A DNA stretch of 64,000 nucleotides from an uncultured delta proteobacterium (GTDB lineage: Bacteria > Desulfobacterota > Binatia > UBA9968), in assembly GCA_963804165.1 (NCBI GenBank), contig CAWDPO010000009.1:93682-157681 (forward strand), read 5' to 3'. The stretch's first letter is position 1. Each line of letters begins with the position of its first letter. The position numbers were made by a program, and so were the translations under genes. Below, piece by piece: positions 50,494 to 59,688 of the stretch. The notes beneath the pieces were generated by a model, which made no database searches, had not been told where the DNA came from, and saw only the letters and a list, made by a program, of their open reading frames with translations.

Positions 50494-51548
50494 GTGCCGA
50501 AAATCGATCCCGTCAAGCTTGAGGACTTTTGCCGCCGGTTGCTTGAGCGAAGGCGGTGTACCGGCCGTCGATGCAGGATCTGGTGGCAGAATGGCTCGTC
50601 AAGGCTGAATCGCGAGGTTACGCGGGTCACGGGGTCACGCGGGTCAATCAGTATTTGGCGTTCGTCACGAACAAAACCTATAACCTCAGTGCTCGGCCTG
50701 TAATCGAACGCGAAGGCAAACTGACTGCGGTGATCGACGGCCGTCACTACATCGGCCAAGTCGCCGCGCACATGGCGATGGAACTCGCAATCAAAAAAGC
50801 GCAAGAACACGGCGCCGGCATCGTGACGCTGCGCCGCGCCGGCCACACCGGTCGCCTCGCCGACTACATGGAAATGGCGACCGACCAGGGCATGATCGGC
50901 ATGGGCGCGGTGTGCACAGGTTCGGCAACCACGACGCTCTACGGCGGCATGAAGCCGATTATCGGCACCAACCCGATGGCCTTCGGAATTCCGGCGCGCG
51001 ACAGTAAACAAATCATCCTCGACTTTGCCACCGCATCGATGAGCATGGGTGAAATCCAGAAACGCGTCGCGAAGAAAGAGCCAATACCGGTCGGCGTCCT
51101 GCTTGACGGCCATGGCCAGCCGACCACCGATTTCAAGAGTTTTCGCGGCCCGCCGCGTGGCGTGTTCATGCCGTTCGGCGGTTACAAAGGATCCGGGGTC
51201 GCGCTCGTCACCGAAATCCTCGGCGGTCTACTTTCCGGCAATGGGCCGGGAAAAAACTGGTGGGACAAAGGCGGCCACGGCGTCAATGGCGTTTTTCTCC
51301 AGGCATTCGCCGTGGAAGAATTTCAGGACCTGAACAGCTTCTACGATCGAGTCGATGAATTGATCGCATTCATAAAATCGACCCAGTGCGCTCCCGGCTT
51401 CAGCGAAATCCTGCTCCCCAGCGAAGCCGGCCGGCGCAGAGAAGCGATACAGAGACAAAACGGCGTTGAAATCGACACCGACACATGGTCGGAATTGGAA
51501 GAGCTCGCCGCAGAGCTCGGCGTGACCGAAGTGCCCAGTGGCATCTGA
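50494..51548 (+). CDS. Ldh_2 family (malate/L-lactate/ureidoglycolate dehydrogenase-like) oxidoreductase (indels near the 5' end)
   Basis: RG..GHG, H.GRL..Y, GTNP.AFG.P, LDFAT, PFGGYKGSG. Confidence 0.88.
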
Positions 51549-51676
51549 TCGCCGTAATAAAACATCCCTGGGGATGTAAAATTTATACCCCGCCCGGTGG
51601 GGGAAGATCGGGATGACCGTTCAAGGCAATAGTTTCAGAACCTATCCAGTAATCAGTCGCCACAAGGAGGCAAAAC

Positions 51677-52498
51677 ATGGTTATCCGCGAGCTTAAAGAT
51701 GGAAGATGTTACGTCGCACTACAAGAAGATCATGCCGAACTGTCGGCCCAATTTGCCGCCCATTGGGGCAATGACCGCTTCTCCAAGCTGCGGCCCTACG
51801 AGACGATGGTCTTCGCCACCACCTATCACGACAGCGGCTATCGCGAGTGGGAAGGCAACCCGCCGATGAACGTCGAAAAGGGCCGCCCTTACGCGCACCG
51901 CGAAGATGTGCCCAATTTCGAAGAGGTAGAGCTTAACGCGTACGCTAAAAACGTCGATTGGCTCAGCTCGCAAAACCCCTATGCCGGCCTGCTGGTTTCC
52001 ATGCACCGCACGGGACTTTGGCACAACCGTTACAACATATTCATCGAGCCGGCCGGCCGACTCCGCGAGCGAAGCCAGCCCGTGCAGAACGCCAAGAAGG
52101 ATTTAGAAGCCAAACAAGCGGAAATGAAAAAAGTTCTTGCCGCCAAGAATCCCAACTTTGAAAACGAGCTCGCATATAACTACATGGCGCTGCAGATTTT
52201 CGACTTGTTGTCGCTTTACTTTTGCTGTGACGGCTACGCGTCAGAAAATCAGTTCAAAGAATACGCGATCGCTCCGGTGCGAGTTTCCTATGACAGCAAC
52301 GAGACCGTAAGATTATCTATCAAACCCAACGCCGCTGGCTCGGTCATCATGGATCCCTTTCCGTTCGATGTCAGCCCGGTAAGATTCTCCGCGCGCGCGC
52401 GAATCGTCGCTCCGCCCCAAGAAAAATCGGAAGCAGCGTGCATCGACGCCTATCATAAAGCCGCGCGACAGCAGTTGACGTTCGAAGTATCGGCGTGA
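51677..52498 (+). CDS. DUF3891 family protein
   Basis: Q.DHA.LS.QFA.HWGN, HD.G..EW, YA.LLVSMH, D.LSL..C, PFPF. Confidence 0.8.
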   Translation: MVIRELKDGRCYVALQEDHAELSAQFAAHWGNDRFSKLRPYETMVFATTYHDSGYREWEGNPPMNVEKGRPYAHREDVPNFEEVELNAYAKNVDWLSSQNPYAGLLVSMHRTGLWHNRYNIFIEPAGRLRERSQPVQNAKKDLEAKQAEMKKVLAAKNPNFENELAYNYMALQIFDLLSLYFCCDGYASENQFKEYAIAPVRVSYDSNETVRLSIKPNAAGSVIMDPFPFDVSPVRFSARARIVAPPQEKSEAACIDAYHKAARQQLTFEVSA

Positions 52499-52540
52499 TT
52501 GAGGTTTGTATCTAAAGGCGGATTTGACGGGGCCGTCTAG

Positions 52541-52776
52541 TGTCATCCTAACGACAGACTGTGTAAAAACACCGTTCATGGTTTCCTTCGGCTTCGCTCA
52601 GGACAAGCTGCTCACCACGAACGGTGGCGCATCATTAGAAATAAAGTACTTATCCGTTCGCCCTGAGCCGAGTCGAAGGGCTCCGAGGGAGTTTTTGCAC
52701 AGCGTTACTTTTTCCACTTGTGCTTAATGAATACAAAAACAGATCCTTCGTCGCTTCTTAGCTTCTCAGGATGACA
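52541..52776. mobile_element. Nested REP/MITE-like palindromic composite
   Basis: TGTCATCCT...AGGATGACA outer arms; inner ACTGTGTAAAAAC...GTTTTTGCACAGC; innermost CCGTTC...GAACGG unit. Confidence 0.6.
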
Positions 52777-52818
52777 CTCGAGTAATCGTCGCAGCGCAAG
52801 ATTACCGAGCGCGCAATA

Positions 52819-53461
52819 TCAGTCATTGTAGATCTCCACTCGTATCGCCTGTCCCCTGCCCGACTCCGGACATGCGCTAGCCGCAACAAGTAGATCCATC
52901 TCGGCGCGAAAATCGACGTGCGCTTCGTCCTTCGGGCGAATCATCGTGTCATACATGATGCCGGTTTCAGGATCGATGCGCATGCACTGAAAAATATTGA
53001 ACGGACTCGGCACGTCGTCCGGCGCAATCTTCCACGGCTTGACCGCGGCTGCTCAGATTCTCCCAGCATCCATGATCGGGAATCTCTTCCGCCTTCTTCG
53101 GGTTGATATCGACTCCCTCAGCAAAGACGCGCTTCGATTGTCCCTGCGCTACCATTTCAAAGCGCTTACGGCTGCACATCCCCTTCTGCAAATCATGCCG
53201 GCCCTTCGGATGAACGTATCCTCGACGATGGTCAACATCGGATTGTTGCGCTTTGAGTAAAGAATGTCTCCCGCGCTGATGAAAATCTTGACTTGATTGG
53301 TCTTCGTCCGCGCCTGATCGAACCGTTCGGTCAAATCGTGCAGATTGAACGCCACGAAGTCGACGATACTCTTTCCCGCGATCCTGAGTCTTTGTCCTTT
53401 CTTCACTTCGAATGCCGCGCCGGAATTCTTCGGCACGACTTCGACTTTTCGAGATAGCCAT
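52819..53461 (-). CDS. DUF1989 family protein, second paralog (frameshifted)
   Basis: KGQRLRI, ERFDQARTK, HDLQKGMCS, HGCWENL, RAEMDLLVAASACP over three frames. Confidence 0.82.
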
Positions 53462-53821
53462 TCGATCTCCTTACGAACACACACCTGCCAAGCGGATTGA
53501 ATTCTGTCACCAGGCGATTGGAGCTGTCAAATAGACTAGGTTCATGTTGTAAATAGTGCATGGAATCGCACTGAAGCTTGTGTCCACGCATTTCTCTGAC
53601 ATAAACAGAAACCAGAAAGCCTGGGGCGGCAGCGTCCCGTGCATCAGTGATCTGGTCTTTGGAAGTGTTTTGCAAATGCGCTGACAGTGTATTGTGGCGG
53701 TACGGAGAATCGAGACTCGACAAGTAAGCGATTGAATAAGTAAATTTTACCTTGCCGTGATTTTTGGCTATCCCAATACCCGGACTAGTGTACTCAATAG
53801 TCAGGGTTGCCGGAGGAGAGT

Positions 53822-54531
53822 ATGTGGGAGTGGAGTGCTGCGTCTGCACGTGATCTTCAGCAACGACTGAAGACCATCCCCTTCGATGTGCCACCACGAG
53901 GGAAGGGGCGAACCAAGCAACATGTTGAGAATTGGGTGCTTCGCCATCTGCTGTGGACGCTGGCAAACGCCACTTCGCTCTTAACTTATCCGATGTCGCT
54001 GAGAAAAGGGGAGCGCCCCGATCTTGATGCTGAGACTGCCAGAAAGCGTATCGGAATTGAGGTGATCGAAGCGATTCCCCAGCGCTACGCTCACGCAGTC
54101 GCCATTCAAAACCGAGAGTATCCGGCGACAATCCTTGACCCCTCACTCTTCCAATACGGTGATCCAGCTATGGACACGGACCACGTGCGGGACCTCCTCC
54201 AGCAACGTGGCGACAGCCTGATCGGCCCCGGTTGGATGGGAGAATCAGTAGAACAGGAGTGGGCAGCACGAATGGCACTCGTAGTGCTCCACAAGACTCA
54301 GATGCTAAACGAACCTAGTTTCGGAGGCAGGAGGCGAACTGGTTGGCCATTTGTGACAACACGCCACGACCCTATCTCGACCTTCAATCTGCGCCTAGGA
54401 ATCTTTGCGAGCGCTTGGTAGGCATCCGACGTCACCCTGTCGAGTTTGATCACGTCTTCATTGAACTCCCAAACAATCTTGTGATGGTTGCAGGCGCCCA
54501 AGCATATGCGGTACCACTTCATCGGCCTTAA
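53822..54531 (+). pseudogene. Cassette-like gene, PD-(D/E)XK-like hypothetical protein (frameshifted near 54330)
   Basis: GGAGGAG RBS; ERPD...IGIEV; C-terminal part in ORF 54343..54531. Confidence 0.55.
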
Positions 54532-54574
54532 ACCTCTTCCGGCGGACCCGCACATGCTAAGATTAGGTTGATCG

Positions 54575-54973
54575 ATGTGGAATCCCTTCAAAAAGACTGA
54601 GGAAGCACAACACCCTACGGCTGCTAGACTGAACGAGATCCTCGAGGCATATGCTGAGGTTCTCAGCAACGAGTCCAATCCTTGGCTTATGGATGAGTCG
54701 TGCCTGCCAGCAACCAAAAAAGAATTAAAGCTGGCGTTATTAGCAGTGCTTGCGAGTTCTACTACCGAAGAAGAACGCGAGCGCTGGCGGTGCTGCTATC
54801 TGTACCTGGCGAGCTTCTTGCCGGGGGTTGGGCCAAAGGGGATCCAAGACTTTGATGCTCAGGATCACGACCGGCTGCAGAGCCAGCTGGGGTGGACGGA
54901 AAAATTCGCGGAGGAATCGGATCGCCTGAAGGCAGAGCTCAGTCAAGATAGAAGCCAAGCTGCGCACCGATAA
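54575..54973 (+). CDS. Hypothetical protein (gene cassette)
   Basis: 132-codon ORF directly upstream of an attC-like site. Confidence 0.65.
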   Translation: MWNPFKKTEEAQHPTAARLNEILEAYAEVLSNESNPWLMDESCLPATKKELKLALLAVLASSTTEEERERWRCCYLYLASFLPGVGPKGIQDFDAQDHDRLQSQLGWTEKFAEESDRLKAELSQDRSQAAHR

Positions 54974-55010
54974 ATTCATCTCAGTTCTTCAGTGGCTTCG
55001 TGATTTAAAA

Positions 55011-55060
55011 CCCTAACCATTGGGTGAGATCGACAGAGCGGTTCACCCAAAACGTTAATA
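55011..55060 (+). mobile_element. Integron attC-like site (short)
   Basis: CCCTAAC...TTGGGTGAGATCG / CGGTTCACCCAA...GTTAATA: AAC/GTT core boxes and L-box stem with an extrahelical G. Confidence 0.7.
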
Positions 55061-55088
55061 TCGTGGAAATCTCAGTGAGGACCAAAGA

Positions 55089-55256
55089 ATGCTGAAAACC
55101 TATGGCGGCTGTTGTCATTGCGGCGCGGTTCGTTTTGAGGCAGATATCGATCTGAGTGCTGCGACACGCTGTGATAGTGATAGAGAGACGGTTTGTCCAG
55201 GTAATCAACAATGGCTTCTATTCGGATCAGTAAAGCTCGCCGGCACAAAATTCTGA
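55089..55256 (+). pseudogene. Truncated GFA (Mss4-like, CENP-V) family gene
   Basis: MLKTYGGCCHCGAVRFEADIDLSA, then the similarity is lost. Confidence 0.65.
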
Positions 55257-55266
55257 GGGAGCACCA

Positions 55267-55680
55267 ATGAGAGAAGTCTCACTTATGGATCCGTCCAAAG
55301 AAACGGACAACAAGTTACGTTGGCAAGCCTGGGAAGGCGGCGTTCTCTTCAAACTATACGTTCCCAAATGGCGTGTTCCGAAACCGTGGCCAGTTAGAAT
55401 CGTTGTCAGGATCGACGACGATCCAAATTCGTTTCTCGCTGTGCCTCCCTCCCGCGGGCCCGAGTCGGTGCAGACTCGGAATCTCGATGAACCCGTCGTT
55501 ACCCTAGTCGCAAAGCATACAAAGCATACCACGACCGTTCGCTATACCCCGATTGATGATCCCGCAAACTGGGAGTTGGGCGAACCTTACATTCCATTCA
55601 CCATTTTGAGGACACCGGTGCCGGAGCGGTTACGAATTGATGTTCATTGGGACCCAACCGCGGGTACTTGGACTGAATAG
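55267..55680 (+). CDS. Hypothetical protein (gene cassette)
   Basis: 137-codon ORF ending 16 nt before an attC-like site. Confidence 0.65.
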   Translation: MREVSLMDPSKETDNKLRWQAWEGGVLFKLYVPKWRVPKPWPVRIVVRIDDDPNSFLAVPPSRGPESVQTRNLDEPVVTLVAKHTKHTTTVRYTPIDDPANWELGEPYIPFTILRTPVPERLRIDVHWDPTAGTWTE

Positions 55681-55696
55681 GCTTAGTAGCAGTGCA

Positions 55697-55780
55697 GTTT
55701 AACCCGCCGCTGGACCCGATGGTCAGGTCAAGGGATTCATGATTCTACTCCGAATACGGCTCACCGGCATAACGTTAGGT
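55697..55780 (+). mobile_element. Integron attC-like site
   Basis: GTTTAAC (RYYYAAC) ... GTTAGGT (GTTRRRY), 84 bp, imperfect stem CCGCTGGACCCG / CGGCTCACCGG. Confidence 0.75.
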
Positions 55781-55796
55781 TCCGCAGGAGTGACTT

Positions 55797-56162
55797 ATGT
55801 TTGGCGTATGGGAAAGCCAAGTCCTGAAGATACAAAAAGCCTGTACGAGACCAACACAGAACTGTTGGAGGCTACGCCTGCCGCTGGCGACAAGCGAGCC
55901 GAGATTGTTCTTTCGTTGATTGCAGTTGCCGACGAGGCACTTAAGATGCGCGAGTCGCTTGCGAAAATATTGGATATCTACGAGAACCGATTCAACGAAA
56001 TCCTAGAGGATGCGTCGCTGTACTTTCCCGTCGATCTTGCGGTGAAACTGCAGGGAACTGCACGAGTATTTTGAGGAGATTTCCGAGGATGTTGAGGGTG
56101 TCGCTTCACGTACTGCAGCTTTGGTAAAGGATATCGCTCCTCACTTTCCGAAACAACGGTAG
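55797..56162 (+). pseudogene. Cassette gene, hypothetical helical protein (frameshifted)
   Basis: AGGAG RBS right after attC; reading continues past a T-run indel near 56071 to ...APHFPKQR*. Confidence 0.5.
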
Positions 56163-56251
56163 AACGATGGAACGCAACTCCCCCAGAGACCGAACGAACC
56201 CGGCGAGACCGCATTTTATCATGCCAAACTTTCGCGAGCGCAAGATGTCCC

Positions 56252-56720
56252 ATGATCTCAAACATTGATGTTTACTTCGCTATCACTGAGGAGGCTTTCG
56301 CCGAGATGAACCGGCTATTTGAGGCTTCTCGAACTCCAAAGCCCCACGGCGAGCCTGGGCACATCATTTCCTTTGACCCTGATAGACGGTCTTTTAAATA
56401 AGCTCTCATCGTCATCGCTTTTGCCGCAATGTATCTAGGGGCGCTCAATATATTCTGGCCTTCAAGCGATACGGTCACGAAGAAGCGTTAAAGATCGACC
56501 GACTATCTGATGAGCAGCGTATGGCTCGACTGGGAATCAACAGACAAGACTTGCTCGATAGCGCTAAAGAGTTTCGCAACGCGCGCAAAGAATTGATACA
56601 CGAAAAGGCAATTGAGGTGAGCGAGATGGGCGGCACAACAAATCGCTTCGCGCAGACGGTGGCAACTGAGCTGTCAACTTGATCCACCAAGTTCGCCAGC
56701 AGCTCGAAGATGGTCCGTAA
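56252..56720 (+). pseudogene. Decayed HEPN-like cassette gene
   Basis: Reconstructed MISNIDVYFAI...DRRSFK*ALIVIAF...FRNARKELIHEKA; in-frame TAA plus frameshifts; last stop overlaps the TAAC of an attC. Confidence 0.5.
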
Positions 56721-56775
56721 CTATGCTTTTAAGCCAAAATCACCTCTCGGTTTGGCATAATTTTCTGAAATTCGC
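56715..56775 (+). mobile_element. Degenerate attC-like site lacking the distal GTT
   Basis: CCGTAAC...TTTAAGCCAAA / TTTGGCATAA stem, resembling common 60-bp attC sites. Confidence 0.5.
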
Positions 56776-56854
56776 CGAAATGAGTCTGCCGTCAAGGAGG
56801 CGTTAACGCCTCCTCAAACCGCTCTATCAAGCGGATCGATCGTTCCAGCCTGCA

Positions 56855-57077
56855 ATGGCGTCACCCGCACTGCCGAGAATGAACCCGACCTCCCAAACCT
56901 CGACACAAGCGTTGGTCTTCTTGTTGGTCACTACCGGGTTCACTGTGGTTTATATTACCCAGCCCGTGTTGCCCGTGATCGAAAAGGAATTCGCCGTCGA
57001 TGCGCGCACCGCGTCGTTGTCGGTGTTGATGGTTATTTTCGGTATCGCGCTGGCGAACCTGCCGTTCGGCATGCTGC
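56855..57077 (+). pseudogene. 5' fragment of an MFS transporter (YnfM-like)
   Basis: F..VYITQPVLP.I..EF.V....ASLSV...G.L; only two helices remain. Confidence 0.65.
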
Positions 57078-57434
57078 GTCGTCGATAAGTACGGCGGCAC
57101 CGACCCCTTACTCACCATCACGATTTGCTTGAAGCGACCGCAGGAGATGTGCCGTTCGGCACCAAGCTGACGGAACCTAAAAGCAGTGCAACGAAAATAT
57201 GGCTCCCTGGTTGCCTGACGGGATCCTCTCGGTCGATATTTTCAAGGAACCGTTTCACATCGAGGTTCTGCAGGGAGAGAAAAAGACAGCTTCCAAACCT
57301 TAGGCGCCTTCCTTTTTAGTGAGATGGGTCGCGTACCCCTCTGTGCCCGAACCTTTGGCTGGAACAACTTACGTTTCGAGATCGTCGATATGGATGGCAA
57401 GCAAATCAACAAGGTGCTCGTGTCGGGGCGATGA
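57078..57434 (+). pseudogene. 3' fragment of a hemolysin/HlyC-CorC (CBS) family gene
   Basis: VVDKYGG, HHDLLEA..GD, FQTLG, W..LRFEIVDMDG.QI.KVLV across frames. Confidence 0.7.
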
Positions 57435-57616
57435 AGAGCGTGCAAGGAAATATTTCGAGAAACATTTCATTTCTTGAGAATCTAAACCGGGCAAGCTCTA
57501 GAACAAGGCGATTTGCCTATCGTGACATTGCCCATGCACGTGGGGTTAACCGTATTAATCGTCGTTTTTTGGGTCATAGCGATAGACCGCTCCGTGAAAT
57601 TTTCGTTCACGGAGGC

Positions 57617-57647
57617 TTGACATTCGATGGTATCGGGCTGATATTCT
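57617..57647 (+). promoter_or_regulatory. Possible sigma70 promoter giving a leaderless transcript
   Basis: TTGACA and extended -10 TGaTATTCT (19-nt spacer) ending 7 nt before ATG 57655. Confidence 0.4.
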
Positions 57648-57654
57648 CCAGCCA

Positions 57655-57960
57655 ATGTTCAAAAAACCATTGGCCGTAGTGCTCGTATTCTGCTGGGTCG
57701 TTCTCTCTGGCTTAGATCTACTAGAAGATCTAAAGTTGGAATCGGAACACAGCGGTTACAGTCAGAGGGGCAAGTCTCTCTCGCCAAATTGGATCCAGCA
57801 TGCCGGCCTGGCAAATAACATCCTGGAATCGGCAATTGATGCTTATGCATTTTATACTCCGTTTCTTCGACTGAATCTCTCTCAGTCCTCTATTCACCCC
57901 GTCTCGTCATCGCATAAGGTCTTAGAACTCCACAAGTTGCATCGGGTCTTTCTCATTTAA
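57655..57960 (+). CDS. Small protein with N-terminal hydrophobic segment, possible leader/regulatory peptide
   Basis: 101 codons; signal-like N-terminus, C-terminal LHKLHRVFLI. Confidence 0.6.
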   Translation: MFKKPLAVVLVFCWVVLSGLDLLEDLKLESEHSGYSQRGKSLSPNWIQHAGLANNILESAIDAYAFYTPFLRLNLSQSSIHPVSSSHKVLELHKLHRVFLI

Positions 57961-57980
57961 ACCCATTTTTTCGGTTTCCT

Positions 57981-58050
57981 TCGCATCTTAATCAATTATC
58001 GGGGGCTGGATGAACTCTATCCAGAACCGCCCGTAGTTTTTTTGATGCGA
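57981..58050 (+). terminator. Hairpin with U-tract, possible terminator or attenuator
   Basis: CGGGGGCTGGAT...ATCCAGAACCGCCCG then TAGTTTTTTT; outer TCGCATC/GATGCGA arms. Confidence 0.5.
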
Positions 58051-58134
58051 TATTTAATTCCCTTTTTGACTTCACTCTAAAATGACGTGGTGATCGTTAG
58101 CTCAGAATCACCACGTTGAGAGAAGGATATCCGG

Positions 58135-59688
58135 ATGGAAACATCTCTCTTCACCGCAGCCGCTCAGGGCTTTGTGAACTTGCTGCAACTCAAAGTTTTC
58201 TTGGCCATGCTCATTGGGGTAAGCATCGGCACGTTCACCGCCGTGGCGCCGCAGGGTTTGGGCATGCCCCTAGTCTATGCGATCACGCTTCCGATAGTTA
58301 TCAAATGGGAACCCCTCACCGGCATTGCGCTATTAATCGGAGCCAGCTCGGTCAGCGCGATTTGCGCCGCGTATTTGCCAATCCTTTTCGGTATCCCAGG
58401 CGGTTCCGGCTCGCAGGCCACCGTGCTCGATGGCTACCCGATGGGAAAGAAAGGCGAAGGACGGCGTGCCCTAGGCGCGTCTTTTATGGCTGGGGGCTTA
58501 GGATGTCTGATCGGCACCTTCACCCTGGCCGCGGCAATTCCCGCTGCGCGACCGATCATTTATCTCATGGGCTCGCCGGAGCTTTTCGTCGTTATGCTCT
58601 GGGGCTTGAGCATGGTCGCTGTGCTCGCGGGACGGCGTCCTATTAAAGGATTGATCGCAGCTGCATTCGGTCTCCTGCTCGCAACTGTCGGCCAGCAGGC
58701 GCAGAGCGGCGTCATGCGCTACGTCTTCGACGTACCCTATTTGCTCGATGGCATTTCGATAAGCATCATCGCGCTCGCGCTGTTCGGCGTTCCCTCAGCC
58801 TTGGACTTAGCGCTCACCAAGCTCGGCGTTGAGCAGCAACCGGTGCCGCTCAAGGGAAGTTTATTGGATGGCGCGAGGGACGCCCTACGTGAGTGGTGGC
58901 TTGTCGTGCGCTGCAGTTTCGTCGGCGTATGGGTGGGTATCGTACCGGGACTCGGCTCCCAAGTCGTCGACTGGCTGGCTTACGGCCATGCGGCCCAGAG
59001 TTGCAAAGGCGGACGACAGACGTTTGGCAAAGGCGATGTGCGAGGCGTTATTGCACCGGAAAGCGCCAACGATGCCAAAGACGGCGGCGACCTGGTTACG
59101 ACCTTGATTCTCGGTTTCCCTCAGGGTGTTGTGACCGCGCTCTTTATCGTCGCGTTGCTCGCCTGGGGCTATCTTCCCGGGCCTGAACTTGTGAAGAAAA
59201 ATCCCGAGATTATTTACAGCATCGTTTGGTTGCAAGGAATATCTGGCATCATCGGTACATTGATCGGCTTCGGCTTGGCCGCGCAGCTCGCCAAGCTGGC
59301 TGAGGTTCGCTACTCCTTCATGGTTCCCATCATGTTTATTTTTATCCTGATGGGAGCCTTTAGCGTCAATCGCGATCCGGCAGATCTAATCGTCGTTGTC
59401 GCTTTCGGCCTCCTGGGATATTTCATGCGTCGCTACGGGTATCCAAGGCCAGCGATGATTCTCGGTTTGGTTCTGGGCGATTTGATGGAAAAATATCTAT
59501 ATCGCTCCGTGGCAAGCTATGGCTTCACCTGGCTCGGACGCCCGGCGGTCATCACGCTGCTGTTCTTGGCAACGGCGTCATTGTTTTTCACCGTGCGCGG
59601 CAGAATGAAAGCAAATACGAAAGCGAGTGATGAAGAATCTGCGGTCTCCTTTACCGGCGCCATGGCGAGGTCTGAAGATGAAACTTGA
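58135..59688 (+). CDS. tctA: Tripartite tricarboxylate transporter large permease TctA, paralog 1
   Basis: ILFGIPG...AT.LDGYPM...GE..RALG, GVIAPESAN, G.LPGP. Confidence 0.9.
   Translation: METSLFTAAAQGFVNLLQLKVFLAMLIGVSIGTFTAVAPQGLGMPLVYAITLPIVIKWEPLTGIALLIGASSVSAICAAYLPILFGIPGGSGSQATVLDGYPMGKKGEGRRALGASFMAGGLGCLIGTFTLAAAIPAARPIIYLMGSPELFVVMLWGLSMVAVLAGRRPIKGLIAAAFGLLLATVGQQAQSGVMRYVFDVPYLLDGISISIIALALFGVPSALDLALTKLGVEQQPVPLKGSLLDGARDALREWWLVVRCSFVGVWVGIVPGLGSQVVDWLAYGHAAQSCKGGRQTFGKGDVRGVIAPESANDAKDGGDLVTTLILGFPQGVVTALFIVALLAWGYLPGPELVKKNPEIIYSIVWLQGISGIIGTLIGFGLAAQLAKLAEVRYSFMVPIMFIFILMGAFSVNRDPADLIVVVAFGLLGYFMRRYGYPRPAMILGLVLGDLMEKYLYRSVASYGFTWLGRPAVITLLFLATASLFFTVRGRMKANTKASDEESAVSFTGAMARSEDET

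Noticed and set aside
53462-53820. Guanidine riboswitch, attI site or intI remnant upstream of DUF1989 and the cassette array
   Set aside because: No convincing ykkC, mini-ykkC or attI pattern and no tyrosine recombinase motifs could be seen by eye; a covariance-model search would be needed.
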